Shown here piece after piece: positions 1 to 10,857 of a DNA stretch of 64,000 nt. Both the position numbers and the translations under genes were made by a program. The notes beneath the pieces were generated by a model, which was not told the origin of the DNA, searched no databases, and was given only the letters and a program-made list of their open reading frames with translations. The DNA is taken from positions 578,970 to 642,969 of the forward strand of contig OY970346.1 in the NCBI GenBank assembly GCA_963717685.1, read 5' to 3'. This DNA is from an uncultured Bacteroidales bacterium. GTDB lineage: Bacteria; Bacteroidota; Bacteroidia; Bacteroidales; VadinHA17. Numbering within the stretch: position 1 is the stretch's first letter; each line of letters opens with the position of its first letter.

Positions 1-166
1 CTGCTGACCGGCTTATCACCGAATCATCATTCAGATCACAACAGGGAATGGAAGCGCAGGTACATGAAAAAATACGGCGACAGAAGCAAATGCGAGGCAA
101 TGAAGGATCAGAACGCTGCAATGACAGAGCATGCGTGACAGGCTACCTGTCGACAGCGGCCAAACA

Positions 167-1075
167 TTATTTGCTGAACAGCTCTTTGTAAAAATAACGA
201 TTATCCAGCCTGCGGAACGGAGTCTTAAGGAAATCAATTATGACACTGTTCAGCAGGCCGGGATACTCAATAAGAGCAAAATGCGAAGCTCCGGGAACGA
301 TAAAAAGCCGTGAATTGGGGATAGATCTGAAAAGTGTCAGGGTCTGGTCAATATTTGCCAGATCATGATCTCCGGCAATAATCAATGCCGGTGTTTTAAT
401 AGTCTTTAATTGTGCGAGTGTGAAGTTCGGATAGTTTTTCCACAGATTTTCGAGCTTCTTCTTAATGACCGGCAATCTTCCGGGGTCAGGACTCAGCCTT
501 TCCGGATTGTTGAAATATTTCTCAAGGATTGTCCTGGTTCTGAGGATTATGGGATCATCAGGATCCATTACCACACTGTCGTCTCTGGCTGTCCAGTTTT
601 CATGAGTGTAATTAGCTCCGGATGCAATGAGCTTCTTCACTTTATCGGGATAACCATAGGCCATTTCAAGCCCGATATTGCCACCGTCGCTGAATCCCAG
701 AACATAAACACTGCCGAGATCCAGCTTGTCAATAAGAACAGCCATATCCGAAGCCATCAGGGCATAAGTGATCTCCTTTTCTGAATCAGTGCTTCTTCCC
801 TGCGCGCGGCTGTCGACTGCAATGACCTTAAAATGCCTGGCTAATTCAGGGATCTGGCAAATGAAATCTTCAATTGAACCGCCTCCTCCATGCAGCAGCA
901 ACAAAGGCTCCCCTTTACCGTAAATCTCATAGTAAACTTTAATATCGTTGATATCTATGTATTTACCAGCCTGTTTATTTGATCCGTAGTCCATTTGCTT
1001 ATGCCCCGAATGAGAACATGATATCTGAAAAAGGATTAAAACAACAAATATCGCTTTTTTCATGACCCGGAGCAT
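167..1075 (-). CDS. alpha/beta-fold hydrolase, probable lipoprotein
   Basis: 302-aa ORF with an HGGGGS oxyanion-hole-like motif and a GFSDGG nucleophile elbow (GxSxG). N-terminal signal peptide ends in the lipobox-like QISC. Confidence 0.8.
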   Translation of the reverse strand: MLRVMKKAIFVVLILFQISCSHSGHKQMDYGSNKQAGKYIDINDIKVYYEIYGKGEPLLLLHGGGGSIEDFICQIPELARHFKVIAVDSRAQGRSTDSEKEITYALMASDMAVLIDKLDLGSVYVLGFSDGGNIGLEMAYGYPDKVKKLIASGANYTHENWTARDDSVVMDPDDPIILRTRTILEKYFNNPERLSPDPGRLPVIKKKLENLWKNYPNFTLAQLKTIKTPALIIAGDHDLANIDQTLTLFRSIPNSRLFIVPGASHFALIEYPGLLNSVIIDFLKTPFRRLDNRYFYKELFSK

Positions 1076-1115
1076 TATTCATCAATTTAAATCGCCAGAG
1101 GGCTATTATCATGTT

Positions 1116-1682
1116 TCAATTATCCACGATTCGTGCCAGAACGGACCTGCTCAAGGACACCTCCGGCCTTTCAACAATTATAAAGCCTGATGACTGAAGG
1201 GCTCCTATCATCTTCATGAAGGATCGTTTCGTCACATGAAATATGGGTTCAACGATCAGGATCATGCCGCCCGGATTCAGTATGGTCCTCAGCTCGCCAA
1301 ACGTGGCAGTTTGATCCGGTAATTCATGGATCATCCAGAAAGCCAGTACAAAATCGACCTTTTGCGAAATGCCGATCCTGTCCGCCTGGCAAAGATGAGA
1401 CTCTACCCTTTTCCCAAGGCCGGCTTTGATTACATTTGCAACTGTTCTGTCCAGCATTCCCTGCTGCAGATCGGCAGCAATGACCTTGCCATTTTCCCCT
1501 ATCAGCCTGGCAAGCTCAGCAGTATAATAACCCCCTCCGCAACCAAGATCAACAACTGTCATCCCTTCCCCTACATAAGGACCCAGAATTTTAGCCGGTT
1601 TCTGCATCCAGCGCCTGAGCGGGTGGTCAAGAGATCCGGCATACCTGGCCGGAAATACATACGGTTCTTTTGCTTTACTCAT
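1116..1682 (-). CDS. class I SAM-dependent methyltransferase
   Basis: 188-aa ORF with SAM-binding motif I, VVDLGCGGGYY. Substrate not inferable. Confidence 0.8.
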   Translation of the reverse strand: MSKAKEPYVFPARYAGSLDHPLRRWMQKPAKILGPYVGEGMTVVDLGCGGGYYTAELARLIGENGKVIAADLQQGMLDRTVANVIKAGLGKRVESHLCQADRIGISQKVDFVLAFWMIHELPDQTATFGELRTILNPGGMILIVEPIFHVTKRSFMKMIGALQSSGFIIVERPEVSLSRSVLARIVDN

Positions 1683-1757
1683 GTTGTCTTTTTATGTGTT
1701 TTAAAGATAAGCACAAATATGTTTCGAAAGGAAGGGTTTTCGGCAAGGGGAAGAAGG

Positions 1758-1799
1758 TGACCGGCAACCGGTTACCTGCTACCGGTTACCTGCTATCGG
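1758..1799. repeat. heptamer array (TGACCGG CAACCGG TTACCTG CTACCGG TTACCTG CTATCGG)
   Basis: Six tandem imperfect 7-mers in the divergent intergenic region 1683-1992. Confidence 0.85.
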
Positions 1800-1843
1800 A
1801 AGACTAAAAAGTTCAACTGGGAGCGGGTAGGACATTAAAAAGG

Positions 1844-1878
1844 CGACCGGGTACCGGTTGCCTGTAGCCGGAATCGGG
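1844..1878. repeat. heptamer array (CGACCGG GTACCGG TTGCCTG TAGCCGG AATCGGG)
   Basis: Five tandem imperfect 7-mers with a degenerate continuation to about 1897. Confidence 0.8.
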
Positions 1879-1992
1879 TGCGAATCGGAAGGACCGGAAA
1901 CAGATATCTCAAGAGAAAAGAAGAACAAAGCAACAATTTGGATAATATACCTTATTATTATATTTTTATTTGTAATTAATGATATTCAAATC

Positions 1993-2988
1993 ATGAAAAA
2001 ATTCCTCAGATGGCTGGTTGTAATCATTGTATTACTTGCAATTGTTTACTTCGCAGGTCCGAAGTCTCCCAGACCAAAATTTGAAAAACAGGACTTCAGT
2101 CTTCCAGCATCGCTGACCATTCTCGAAAAACAAATAAATGACGGTGAAAAAGCTGTACGGGGCATCAAACCCGATAACGAGGCAAGGATTATATGGGCAG
2201 ACTCAACAAAAAAAGAGAAAACAAAGATCGCCTTTCTTTACCTCCATGGCTTCTCGGCAAGCCAGGCTGAGGGCGACCCTGTCCACCGGGACCTGGCAAA
2301 AAAATATCATGCCAACCTGTATCTTGCGCGGCTGCAGGAACATGGCATCGACAGGGGTGACAGCACGATGATCAACCTCAAAGCAGACGAATATGAGGCA
2401 TCCGCTGAAAAAGCACTGATGATCACTGAAAAGCTGGGCGATGAAGTAATTGTCATAGGGACATCGGCAGGCGGCGCCCTGACGCTTTTCCTGGCCTCAG
2501 GACACCCTGAGATAAAGGCAATTGTGCTATATTCCCCCTGCGTGGAGTTATATGATAAAACGGCTTCAATCCTTGACTGGCACTGGGGGCTGTCTTTTGC
2601 CAGGCTCGTCAGGAATGGATCTGTAATGAAATTTGATAAAGAGAGTGAAAAACATGCCGGCTACTGGGCCCTGAGGTACAGGATCGAAGCAGTTGCCGCT
2701 CTCCAGAACCTTCTTACAAATACGATGAAGCCGGAAATATTTTCAAAAATCAAATGCCCCGCATTCCTGGCCTATTATTATAAAAACGAAACCGAGCATG
2801 ACAAAACTGCATCAGTGCCAGCCATGCTGAAGATGTTCGATGAGCTGGGCACTCCGGCAGGATTGAAACAAAAGATGGCTTTCCCGGAAACAGGCAACCA
2901 CGTTATTGCATCATATATCAGATCAAAGGACTGGCAGGGAGTTGAAAGGGAAACAGATAAGTTTCTTGAGAATATAGTGAAACCGTGA
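1993..2988 (+). CDS. alpha/beta-fold serine hydrolase (esterase/lipase-like), membrane anchored
   Basis: The track ORF starts at 1858, but the ATG at 1993 (MKKFLRWLVVIIVLLAIVYF, signal/anchor) is the plausible start. The upstream part runs through a heptamer repeat array. Contains LHGFSAS and GTSAGG (GxSxG) motifs. Confidence 0.75.
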   Translation: MKKFLRWLVVIIVLLAIVYFAGPKSPRPKFEKQDFSLPASLTILEKQINDGEKAVRGIKPDNEARIIWADSTKKEKTKIAFLYLHGFSASQAEGDPVHRDLAKKYHANLYLARLQEHGIDRGDSTMINLKADEYEASAEKALMITEKLGDEVIVIGTSAGGALTLFLASGHPEIKAIVLYSPCVELYDKTASILDWHWGLSFARLVRNGSVMKFDKESEKHAGYWALRYRIEAVAALQNLLTNTMKPEIFSKIKCPAFLAYYYKNETEHDKTASVPAMLKMFDELGTPAGLKQKMAFPETGNHVIASYIRSKDWQGVERETDKFLENIVKP

Positions 2989-3188
2989 TCTTATTCAGAG
3001 TTTTTAGTTAATGACCCTGCACGATGGTAAATTCCCGGGAAGTTGTGCAAGCTTTGCAGGCCTTATAAAATCTGATAATCCATTAATTTACTTTCTTCTA
3101 AATCTTTTAGAACCAGAATTTTTATTATCTTAGTGGTAACAATTATAGTTTATATACGTACGATTGAAATAACTAATCCCCAGAAATT

Positions 3189-3611
3189 ATGAAAAAACTG
3201 TTGAAGATCTCTTATCCGGTAAAGGTGCTTTTATTGATACTGGTTCTGTCCGGATGCACAAAAAAGCTCAGCGATATGGAGCTGATGACGGACCATAGCT
3301 GGAAATGGGATAAAATGACGACTTCCTCTACCAACTCGACTGTCATAAGCATGGTATCTCTGGTCAGCGCTCTTTTTACCAGTGAAGAAATAGTGTTTGA
3401 TTTTACCACAGATGGCAATTATAAGGTGACTGCGATGGGTGATTCTACAATTGCCAGCGGTACGTGGAGCCTGCAAGAGAATGATACTAAACTTATGCTG
3501 GATGCTGCGGAAGCAAACATTGTATCCCTCACTAAAACACAGCTCGCATTCCAGGAGTCTCAAAGTGACAGTACCGGAACATACACGCTTACATATTATT
3601 TAAAAAACTAG
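3189..3611 (+). CDS. small lipoprotein of unknown function
   Basis: 140-aa ORF whose signal peptide ends in the lipobox LSGC. No catalytic motif recognised. Confidence 0.6.
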   Translation: MKKLLKISYPVKVLLLILVLSGCTKKLSDMELMTDHSWKWDKMTTSSTNSTVISMVSLVSALFTSEEIVFDFTTDGNYKVTAMGDSTIASGTWSLQENDTKLMLDAAEANIVSLTKTQLAFQESQSDSTGTYTLTYYLKN

Positions 3612-3838
3612 AAAGTACACCTTTTATCCCTGAGTGACTTTCTGATTTTTGCCCGAGGTTCAGTTAATATCAGATATCCGAATTCCTTTATATTTCATAT
3701 TTGAGGGTCAGATGTTTGTTTTTATACTGGCCTTTGGTATAGATTATGTTTCCGCTGCGCGGAACTTCGTTATCTCTTTTCCTGAATAGTTCAATCCATT
3801 CTAAATTATCTTAAGCTGATAAAAATGGGCATCTTTAG

Positions 3839-6391
3839 GTGAAAATGAAAAAGGGATTTAATATTTTACCTTACTTTTACATCCTATCAATGAAAAAGCC
3901 AGTAATGAAAAACCTTTTTATTGCAGCATTGCTGCTATTCTCAGCTCTTGCATATTCACAGCAACCCGCAAAACAGAATCCTGATGGCTGGAAAACCATA
4001 TACCGGGCAACGGCTACAAAAATCAATGACCTTGTAAGCACAAAGCTTGACGTCAGTTTTGACTTTTCCAGGTCGTGGATGTATGGAAAAGAAATGATCA
4101 CCCTGAAGCCTCATTTTTATCCGACCGATTCACTCGACCTCGATGCAAAAAGCATGCAGATAAATGAAGTTTCAATGATCAGGAACGGAAGGCATATTCC
4201 CCTTAAATATTACTACGACAGCCTTAAGCTTCTCATCACCCTCGACAGGACTTACAGGGGAGGAGAAACATATACGGTCTTTATTGATTATATATCCATG
4301 CCGAATAATATTAAAGAAAAGGGGAGCTCGGCAATAGAGGGCAGAAAAGGCCTTTATTTCATCAATCCGCTGGGAAAGGATAAAGACAAGCCCACTGAGA
4401 TATGGACGCAGGGAGAGACCGAATCCAATTCCGCCTGGGTGCCGACAATTGACAAGCCAAACCAGAAGACAACTGACGAAATAAACATCACGGTCCCTTC
4501 AAAATTCGTGACTCTTTCAAATGGCCTGCTGGTAAAACAGAAAGGACATCCTGACGGCACCCGCACCGATACATGGAAGATGGATCTGCCGCATGCTCCC
4601 TATCTGATGATGATGGCAGCAGGAGAATACTCGGTGATAAAAGACAAATATGAGGGCAAGGAAGTAAGCTATTATGTTGAAAAGGATTATGCCCCGGTAG
4701 CAAGGAAAATTTTCGGACTTACTCCCGAGATGATAAGCTTCTTTTCAAAAATAACAGGAGTGGATTTCCCATGGCAGAAATATTCCCAGATAGTAGTAAG
4801 GGATTATGTAAGCGGTGCAATGGAAAACACAACTGCCACTGTGCATGCTGAATCAGCTCAGCAGGATGCAAGGCAACTGGTGGACGGCAATTCATGGGAA
4901 GATAACATAGCCCACGAGCTTTTCCATATGTGGTTTGGAGATTATGTAACTACCGAAAGCTGGAGCAACCTTACACTGAATGAATCCTTCGCCAACTATG
5001 GCGAAATGCTGTGGGAAGAGTATAAGCATGGCAAGGATGCTGGTGATGATCATAATTTCGAGGCAATGCAGGAATACTTTTTCAGCTTCAGTGAAAAGAA
5101 AGACCTGGTCCGGTTCTATTACAGGGATCGCGAGGATATGTTCGATGCTGTCAGCTATCAGAAAGGAGGCAGGATCCTGAATATGCTCAGGAATTACGTG
5201 GGCGACAGCGCTTTCTTTAAATCGCTGAACCTTTACCTCACAACCAATAAATTCAAATCCGCGGAGGCACAGAATCTCAGGCTTGCATTTGAAGAAGTAA
5301 CGGGCCAGGACCTTAACTGGTTCTGGAACCAGTGGTTCTATGGAAGCGGACATCCAAAGCTTGACATAAGCTATGAATATGACCAGGATAAAAAATCAGA
5401 AAAGGTATTTGTCAGTCAGACCCAGTCAGACAAAGTCTTCAGGTTACCTGTCGCAATAGACGTTTACCAGGGTGGAGGAGAAAAAAGGTATAATGTCTGG
5501 CTCGAGGACAAAGCTGATACATTTGCCTTCCCGGCCCAAACCAGACCCGACCTCGTTAATTTCGACGGAGATAAGATCCTGCTTTGCCAGAAAACTGACC
5601 ATAAGACGATCGATAATTATATATTCCAGTACAAAAATGCGGGCCTTTATCTCGACAGGCGTGAAGCCATCGATTTCGCGGCAAAAAACCAGAAGAGCGA
5701 TCCCCGGGCATTTGAACTGCTCAGGGACGCCACCAGCGACAGGTACCAGGGATTGCGAATCTATGCCATCCGGAACCTGAATATCACGGATGACTCGATT
5801 AAACGTGTTATCGAGCCGATCCTCGCCAGGCTGGCTGAAAATGATCCTTCGCCAATGGTAAGGGCGTCTGCGATCGAGGCGCTTGGAAAATATAAAAAAG
5901 AAGCCTACCAGGAACTCTTCATGAAATCAATAGATGATTCTTCCTATTCCGTTGCAGGCAGCGCACTGGTCGCAATGAGTTCCATCGACAGCACTTATGC
6001 CCTCAAAAGAGCCAGGCAGCTGTCATTGCAAAACATCAAAGGAGAATTATTATTTGCAGTCAACGATGTCATGTACACTTATGCCGGTGAAAATGATTTC
6101 GATTCTCTTGCAATGCAGTTCGATAAGCTTCCATTTGGAAACCGGAAATTTATGATACTTAGTCCATTCGCCTCCTATCTGAAAAGAATTCAGGATAATG
6201 AAAACTTCAAAAAAGGCATTGATATAATTGTAAGGTTCCGCGATTCAATTCCTGAACAGTTCAGGGAACAGATAAATTTTTATTTCAATGGCATGATACT
6301 GAACAGCATTGCTACAGCTAAACAGAAGGCAGGAATGACCGGGCAGGCTGATTATGTAAAATCAAAAATGAATGTAAGGCCGAAAGATTAA
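3839..6391 (+). CDS. M1-family zinc aminopeptidase
   Basis: GAMEN exopeptidase motif and an HELFH-X18-E gluzincin site, with C-terminal HEAT-like repeats. The true start may be the ATG at 3890 (MKKPVMKNLFIAALLLF signal peptide). Confidence 0.9.
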   Translation: MKMKKGFNILPYFYILSMKKPVMKNLFIAALLLFSALAYSQQPAKQNPDGWKTIYRATATKINDLVSTKLDVSFDFSRSWMYGKEMITLKPHFYPTDSLDLDAKSMQINEVSMIRNGRHIPLKYYYDSLKLLITLDRTYRGGETYTVFIDYISMPNNIKEKGSSAIEGRKGLYFINPLGKDKDKPTEIWTQGETESNSAWVPTIDKPNQKTTDEINITVPSKFVTLSNGLLVKQKGHPDGTRTDTWKMDLPHAPYLMMMAAGEYSVIKDKYEGKEVSYYVEKDYAPVARKIFGLTPEMISFFSKITGVDFPWQKYSQIVVRDYVSGAMENTTATVHAESAQQDARQLVDGNSWEDNIAHELFHMWFGDYVTTESWSNLTLNESFANYGEMLWEEYKHGKDAGDDHNFEAMQEYFFSFSEKKDLVRFYYRDREDMFDAVSYQKGGRILNMLRNYVGDSAFFKSLNLYLTTNKFKSAEAQNLRLAFEEVTGQDLNWFWNQWFYGSGHPKLDISYEYDQDKKSEKVFVSQTQSDKVFRLPVAIDVYQGGGEKRYNVWLEDKADTFAFPAQTRPDLVNFDGDKILLCQKTDHKTIDNYIFQYKNAGLYLDRREAIDFAAKNQKSDPRAFELLRDATSDRYQGLRIYAIRNLNITDDSIKRVIEPILARLAENDPSPMVRASAIEALGKYKKEAYQELFMKSIDDSSYSVAGSALVAMSSIDSTYALKRARQLSLQNIKGELLFAVNDVMYTYAGENDFDSLAMQFDKLPFGNRKFMILSPFASYLKRIQDNENFKKGIDIIVRFRDSIPEQFREQINFYFNGMILNSIATAKQKAGMTGQADYVKSKMNVRPKD

Positions 6392-6448
6392 AACCAGCCT
6401 CAGCCTTCTGCCGGACCGGATCAGGAATAAATAATGACTGCCGGAGAG

Positions 6449-7318
6449 CTAAAAGAGCCGGGGTAAAAACCCCGGAACTTTTTTCCTGTACCCTGCATAA
6501 TCCGGGTATTTCCCCATGCTGATATTCTCGGTCATAGTGCTGCTTCCCTGGAAGAGAAGGACAAGCAGCAGCGGCCCGATAATTGTCCAGTTGAGCCATC
6601 TTCCCGATGCGGCTGCACCAAAAATATAAAAGCAAACCCATACAGCCTGTTCGGAAGTGTAATTTGGATGCCTGACATATCGCCACAACCCTTCGCAGAT
6701 AAAACCGTTTTTCAGCGATTCGGCATATTTTCCTTCCGAAGATGCTCCCTGTCTCTTCATGGTCTGAAAACGGAAAAGCTGGTTATCAGCTGTGCTTTCA
6801 GCAATTATAAAGAGCAACATCATGGTTGCTGCAATGATATCTGGCAGCCTGAGGCTCGTATCCCTGTCAGCGGCAGCCAGAAAGAGCGGGGAACAGAACA
6901 TCAGGATCACGAAATTCTGATACAATGAAATGAAGAATAAATTAAAAAGGCCAAATCGGATCCTGCCTTTCAGTGCAGGGCTTTCCCTTAAGATCCTCCA
7001 TCTGTAATCCTCATCCCCTTTCCATGGAATAATATTATAGCCTCCCTTACGGTAAAAATTATAGCTCAGCCTGAAACCCCATATCGTGACAAGAATGAAC
7101 ATGATCCACAGGCGCGGCGACGGGAAGGTAATAAGGGCGATAAGGCTATAAGCTACCGGCATAAAACTCCACAGCTTATCAACCTGGCTGTAGTTAAAAG
7201 TAATTTCACTTACCACGAAACATAAAAGCGTTGTCACCAGCCCAATTCCAATAAGGGTTGCTGCAAGGTGTGCCAGCTGAACATTGCTGCCAGCCAGCTT
7301 TAATAATTCACTGCACAT
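6449..7318 (-). CDS. DUF1295 / steroid-5-alpha-reductase-like polytopic membrane protein
   Basis: 289-aa hydrophobic ORF with the C-terminal RHPNYTSEQ motif typical of this fold. Confidence 0.65.
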   Translation of the reverse strand: MCSELLKLAGSNVQLAHLAATLIGIGLVTTLLCFVVSEITFNYSQVDKLWSFMPVAYSLIALITFPSPRLWIMFILVTIWGFRLSYNFYRKGGYNIIPWKGDEDYRWRILRESPALKGRIRFGLFNLFFISLYQNFVILMFCSPLFLAAADRDTSLRLPDIIAATMMLLFIIAESTADNQLFRFQTMKRQGASSEGKYAESLKNGFICEGLWRYVRHPNYTSEQAVWVCFYIFGAAASGRWLNWTIIGPLLLVLLFQGSSTMTENISMGKYPDYAGYRKKVPGFLPRLF

Positions 7319-7335
7319 TATGAATCTATTTATTA

Positions 7336-10300
7336 TTACATGCCTTCATGCCACTTTGAACGGTCGGGTGCAGCAGGTTCAGTAACCTCTTTTACAGGCT
7401 TGTCCTTCAGCTCCTGAAGCAGAACTTCCACGGCCTTTTCGATGCATGGATCCTGCCCCTTTGCCAGCTGTTCAGGGCGATCAACCACCTGGATATCAGG
7501 CGAAACGCCAACTCCTTCAATTATCCAGCCTTTATCCTCATCAAAAACCCCAAACCGGGGAACAGAGATATAACCGCCGTCTACAAGACCTGCATTACCG
7601 GAAATACCTACCAGTCCGCCCCAGGTGCGTGTTCCAATCAGTTTGCCAAGATTCAGCTTTTTGAAGAAATAAGGGAAGGCATCCCCTCCGGATGAAGAGT
7701 ATCCGTTTATCAGCATCACCTTTGGTCCGTCGTTGGCTATTGCAGGCGACTTGCCCGGCTGAAGGCCTTTCTGATGCCAGTATACAAGGGTATGGCGGTC
7801 AAGAAGATCTGCCATTCTGTCGGGGATAAAACCGCCACCGTTGTACCGGTCATCAATTATCAGCGCATCCTTATCGAAGTATTCATACATTCCGCGGAAA
7901 AGCTCGCGGTTGCCGTTTTCGGCAGTATTTGGCACATGAATATAGCCTATCCTTCCTCCTGAAAGCTTATCGACCATGGCTCTTCTTTCATTCACCCAGT
8001 CAAAATAGAAAAGCTCAAGCTCACTTGCTATTGGCTTTATGAGGGACGTACGGGCATCTGAAGACGAAGGCTTGCTGTTAACTCTTATCTCTACAGTCTT
8101 ATCAGCTTTATTTTCAAGAAAAGAGTAAGGATTATCGGCAGTCGTTACGTCTTTCCCGTCAATGCTTATCAGGTAATCTCCCTCCCTGACGTCGACACCC
8201 TGTTCAGTCAGCGGCGAACGACGGGCGGGATTCCAGTTTTCACCTTTATATATCTTCGTGATCCGATAACGGCCCGTTGAAGCATCGGCAGTCAGATCGG
8301 CACCCAGGAGACCGTTGTTTATCCTTGTAACTCTTGGGAAATCACCCCAGTCGACATAAGAATGGCCGGTATTGCTTTCAGCAATAAGCTCGCTCAGGAT
8401 GTAATCAAGATCGGCCCTGTGGCTCACATATGGAAGAAGAACACTGTAGCGGGCTTTCATTGCAGGCCAGTCGACTCCATGCATGTTATCCACATAAAAA
8501 TAATCGCGGTAAATGCGCCATGCATCATTAAAGATCTGGTTCCATTCCTTGCAGGGGTCTATCTTCATCATGAGCCCGTCGAGATTAAGCCTGCCATCTC
8601 CTGCCTTCTGGTCAGGAGTCAGCTTTATGATGCCGTAATCATTTCCCGATTTGTAGATTGCCATCTTTCCGTCGGCTGACAGAGACGCAACGGAAGCCTT
8701 GTCAAGTATCTCCTGGCTCTTTTCATCTTCAAGGCTGTATTTCATAAGCTTACCCTTGCTGATATACACGAGACCGCCGTCTACAGCCCCAATTATATTA
8801 TATTCGCCTGCCTCCTCAGGAAGAGCGGTGATCCGGTCGTTGATTCCATTAAAGTCGATCCCTACTTTTAATTCCTTTGCAACTGAAGAAGTGTCAGCCT
8901 GGTTTGTCCTGTTTTTTTTATCCTTTGAAGCCGGTATTGCTTCAGGTTTCTTTTCAGGCTTTACCGGCTCGGTGTCGTTCTTGTCCCTGAATAATTTCGG
9001 GCTCTTCTGGGTCAGCGCCAGGGCATACAGACGCATTGCCTTTGTATAGATATAATCAAAGTCATAGCTTGAGAATTCCAGGTTGAAATCACGGTTGGAA
9101 GCGAAAAAGATATAATTGCCGTCAAGGCTGAATACGGGGCTGAAATCAGAAAATGAGCCATCGGTCACCTGGTGCATTTTTCCTTCAGAAATCTGATAAA
9201 CCCAGATTGCGCTGTTATTGTTGCTGCCCTCTTTTGTGTAGACTACCCAGCGGGAATCGGGAGAGAAATTATAGCTGCGTATTTCATTTGCAGTGGCGTG
9301 ATCGATATCCGTCATTTTGCCGGTAGAAACCTCAAACAGCCGCAGCTTCAGTGTCCTGTCGGAAAACAGCAGATACCGGCTGTCGGGCGACCATACCGGC
9401 TCGTACTTCCATGCGGATGAATTGAATGTCACCTGCCTGGGCTTTGCGCCATCTTTGTTTTCAAGAAGATAGAGCTCATATTCACCCGTGAGATCGGAAT
9501 AATAGGATATATATTTACCGTCGGGCGACCATGCAGGATATATTTCCCTGACACCCTGGCTTTCAGTAAGGTTTTTTGTAATACCCTTCTCCGCAGGCAC
9601 CGAGTAAATGTCGCCGCGTGCATCGAACAGTGCACGCTTGCCTGTCGGAGAAATCGAGAAGCTGTTGATGTTGTCCTTTACGTTTTTAAAATACGGAATG
9701 AGATTGGGGTTGTCAAAATCGATGTTAACCCTGATCTTTTCCGACTTTCCCGTCGTCAGGTCCAGCTTATAGATATATCCGCCGTTCTCATAAACAAGCT
9801 GACCGCCTTTTCCCGAAGGCCACATTACATCAAATTCAGTATGATGGGTTATCTGTTTCGTTTCCCTCGTGACTATATTATACTGCCATATATTGAGCTT
9901 CAGGTCGCGGTCGGATGCGAAGAAGATATTGTCTCCTGACCATACGGGCCATTGGTCGGAGCCATCGAAATTCGTTATCTGCTCAGAGGTGTCTTTCTTG
10001 AGGTCGTATATCCACAGGTCAGTTGCCCGTCCTCCCTTATACCTCTTCCAATTACGGAATTCCCTGTCGACAGGAGTAAAGCAAATCTTTGAACCGTCGG
10101 GTGACAGCACGCCAAAGCCCCCGTTGACAATCGGAAGAGGCTTTTCCAGTCCGCCGTCGAGGCTTACAAGAAAATATTTTCCGTTGCGTTCACCAAAGCT
10201 TGTACGGTTGGCGCGGATAAGTATCTGTTTGCTGTCGGGGGTCCAGTCAAGCACAGCATAATCCCATCCTCCTCTTGGCGGCATTTCTTCCACGGGATTA

Positions 10301-10623
10301 TACCATGTGAGCTGACGGGGCACGCCGCCGCTTGAAGGAATGACAAAAATCTGACGGTTCCCGGAATATTCGCCTGAGAAAGCAATCCATTTCCCATCGG
10401 GGGATATTTTAGGGAACAACTCCAGGCCTACATGCGATGTAAGACGGCGGGCTTCGCCTCCATTTGAACTGACTGTCCAGATATCGCCTGCATAGACAAA
10501 GGCAATAAGATTTCCATTTATATCGGGAAACCTCAGCATCCTGGCATCATCCATGGATACGGCATTATATGACACTGTCAATGCGAATGCCAGAGCTGAA
10601 ATCCTGCTTATTATTCTTTTCAT
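7336..10623 (-). CDS. tricorn-protease-like S41 peptidase (beta-propellers + PDZ + S41 domain)
   Basis: About 1095 aa with repeated TolB/WD40-like SPDG..(I/V)AF motifs in the N-terminal two thirds, then a PDZ-like segment and a C-terminal S41 peptidase region. Start trimmed to MKRIISRISALAFAL (signal peptide) at 10623. The track ORF extends to 10674. Confidence 0.85.
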   Translation of the reverse strand: MKRIISRISALAFALTVSYNAVSMDDARMLRFPDINGNLIAFVYAGDIWTVSSNGGEARRLTSHVGLELFPKISPDGKWIAFSGEYSGNRQIFVIPSSGGVPRQLTWYNPVEEMPPRGGWDYAVLDWTPDSKQILIRANRTSFGERNGKYFLVSLDGGLEKPLPIVNGGFGVLSPDGSKICFTPVDREFRNWKRYKGGRATDLWIYDLKKDTSEQITNFDGSDQWPVWSGDNIFFASDRDLKLNIWQYNIVTRETKQITHHTEFDVMWPSGKGGQLVYENGGYIYKLDLTTGKSEKIRVNIDFDNPNLIPYFKNVKDNINSFSISPTGKRALFDARGDIYSVPAEKGITKNLTESQGVREIYPAWSPDGKYISYYSDLTGEYELYLLENKDGAKPRQVTFNSSAWKYEPVWSPDSRYLLFSDRTLKLRLFEVSTGKMTDIDHATANEIRSYNFSPDSRWVVYTKEGSNNNSAIWVYQISEGKMHQVTDGSFSDFSPVFSLDGNYIFFASNRDFNLEFSSYDFDYIYTKAMRLYALALTQKSPKLFRDKNDTEPVKPEKKPEAIPASKDKKNRTNQADTSSVAKELKVGIDFNGINDRITALPEEAGEYNIIGAVDGGLVYISKGKLMKYSLEDEKSQEILDKASVASLSADGKMAIYKSGNDYGIIKLTPDQKAGDGRLNLDGLMMKIDPCKEWNQIFNDAWRIYRDYFYVDNMHGVDWPAMKARYSVLLPYVSHRADLDYILSELIAESNTGHSYVDWGDFPRVTRINNGLLGADLTADASTGRYRITKIYKGENWNPARRSPLTEQGVDVREGDYLISIDGKDVTTADNPYSFLENKADKTVEIRVNSKPSSSDARTSLIKPIASELELFYFDWVNERRAMVDKLSGGRIGYIHVPNTAENGNRELFRGMYEYFDKDALIIDDRYNGGGFIPDRMADLLDRHTLVYWHQKGLQPGKSPAIANDGPKVMLINGYSSSGGDAFPYFFKKLNLGKLIGTRTWGGLVGISGNAGLVDGGYISVPRFGVFDEDKGWIIEGVGVSPDIQVVDRPEQLAKGQDPCIEKAVEVLLQELKDKPVKEVTEPAAPDRSKWHEGM

Positions 10624-10857
10624 TGTATATGATTTGTGATTGATTATCCGGGAGTCAGAACCGATGTCATTCAAGTCAGTTTGAATTCAGAGCATCAAAT
10701 TTAAGGTTTTTTCTGACATGAAAACAGGAAAGCTAAGCTTTATGAAGCCATAGTTTGACCATGGGGTCGATCAGCATACCAATGAATTTTCACGGATTTT
10801 AAATACTTAATATCTTTCCTTATTTATTTCAGGAGGGAATTTTTATTGAACAGTTCA

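Noticed and set aside
1-138. Frame +1 is open from position 1 to the TGA at 136-138 (45 codons, ...MKKYGDRSKCEAMKDQNAAMTEHA*). It could be the 3' end of a gene entering from the left.
   Set aside because: It is too short and has no recognisable motif. An open frame of 45 codons can occur by chance, so it is not reported as a feature.
1858-1992. N-terminal extensions offered by the ORF track (1858-1992, 10624-10674, 32849-33016, 61314-61373).
   Set aside because: In each case an internal ATG is followed by a typical signal peptide, lipobox or TM anchor. The extension also overlaps a repeat array or the preceding gene, so the starts were trimmed.
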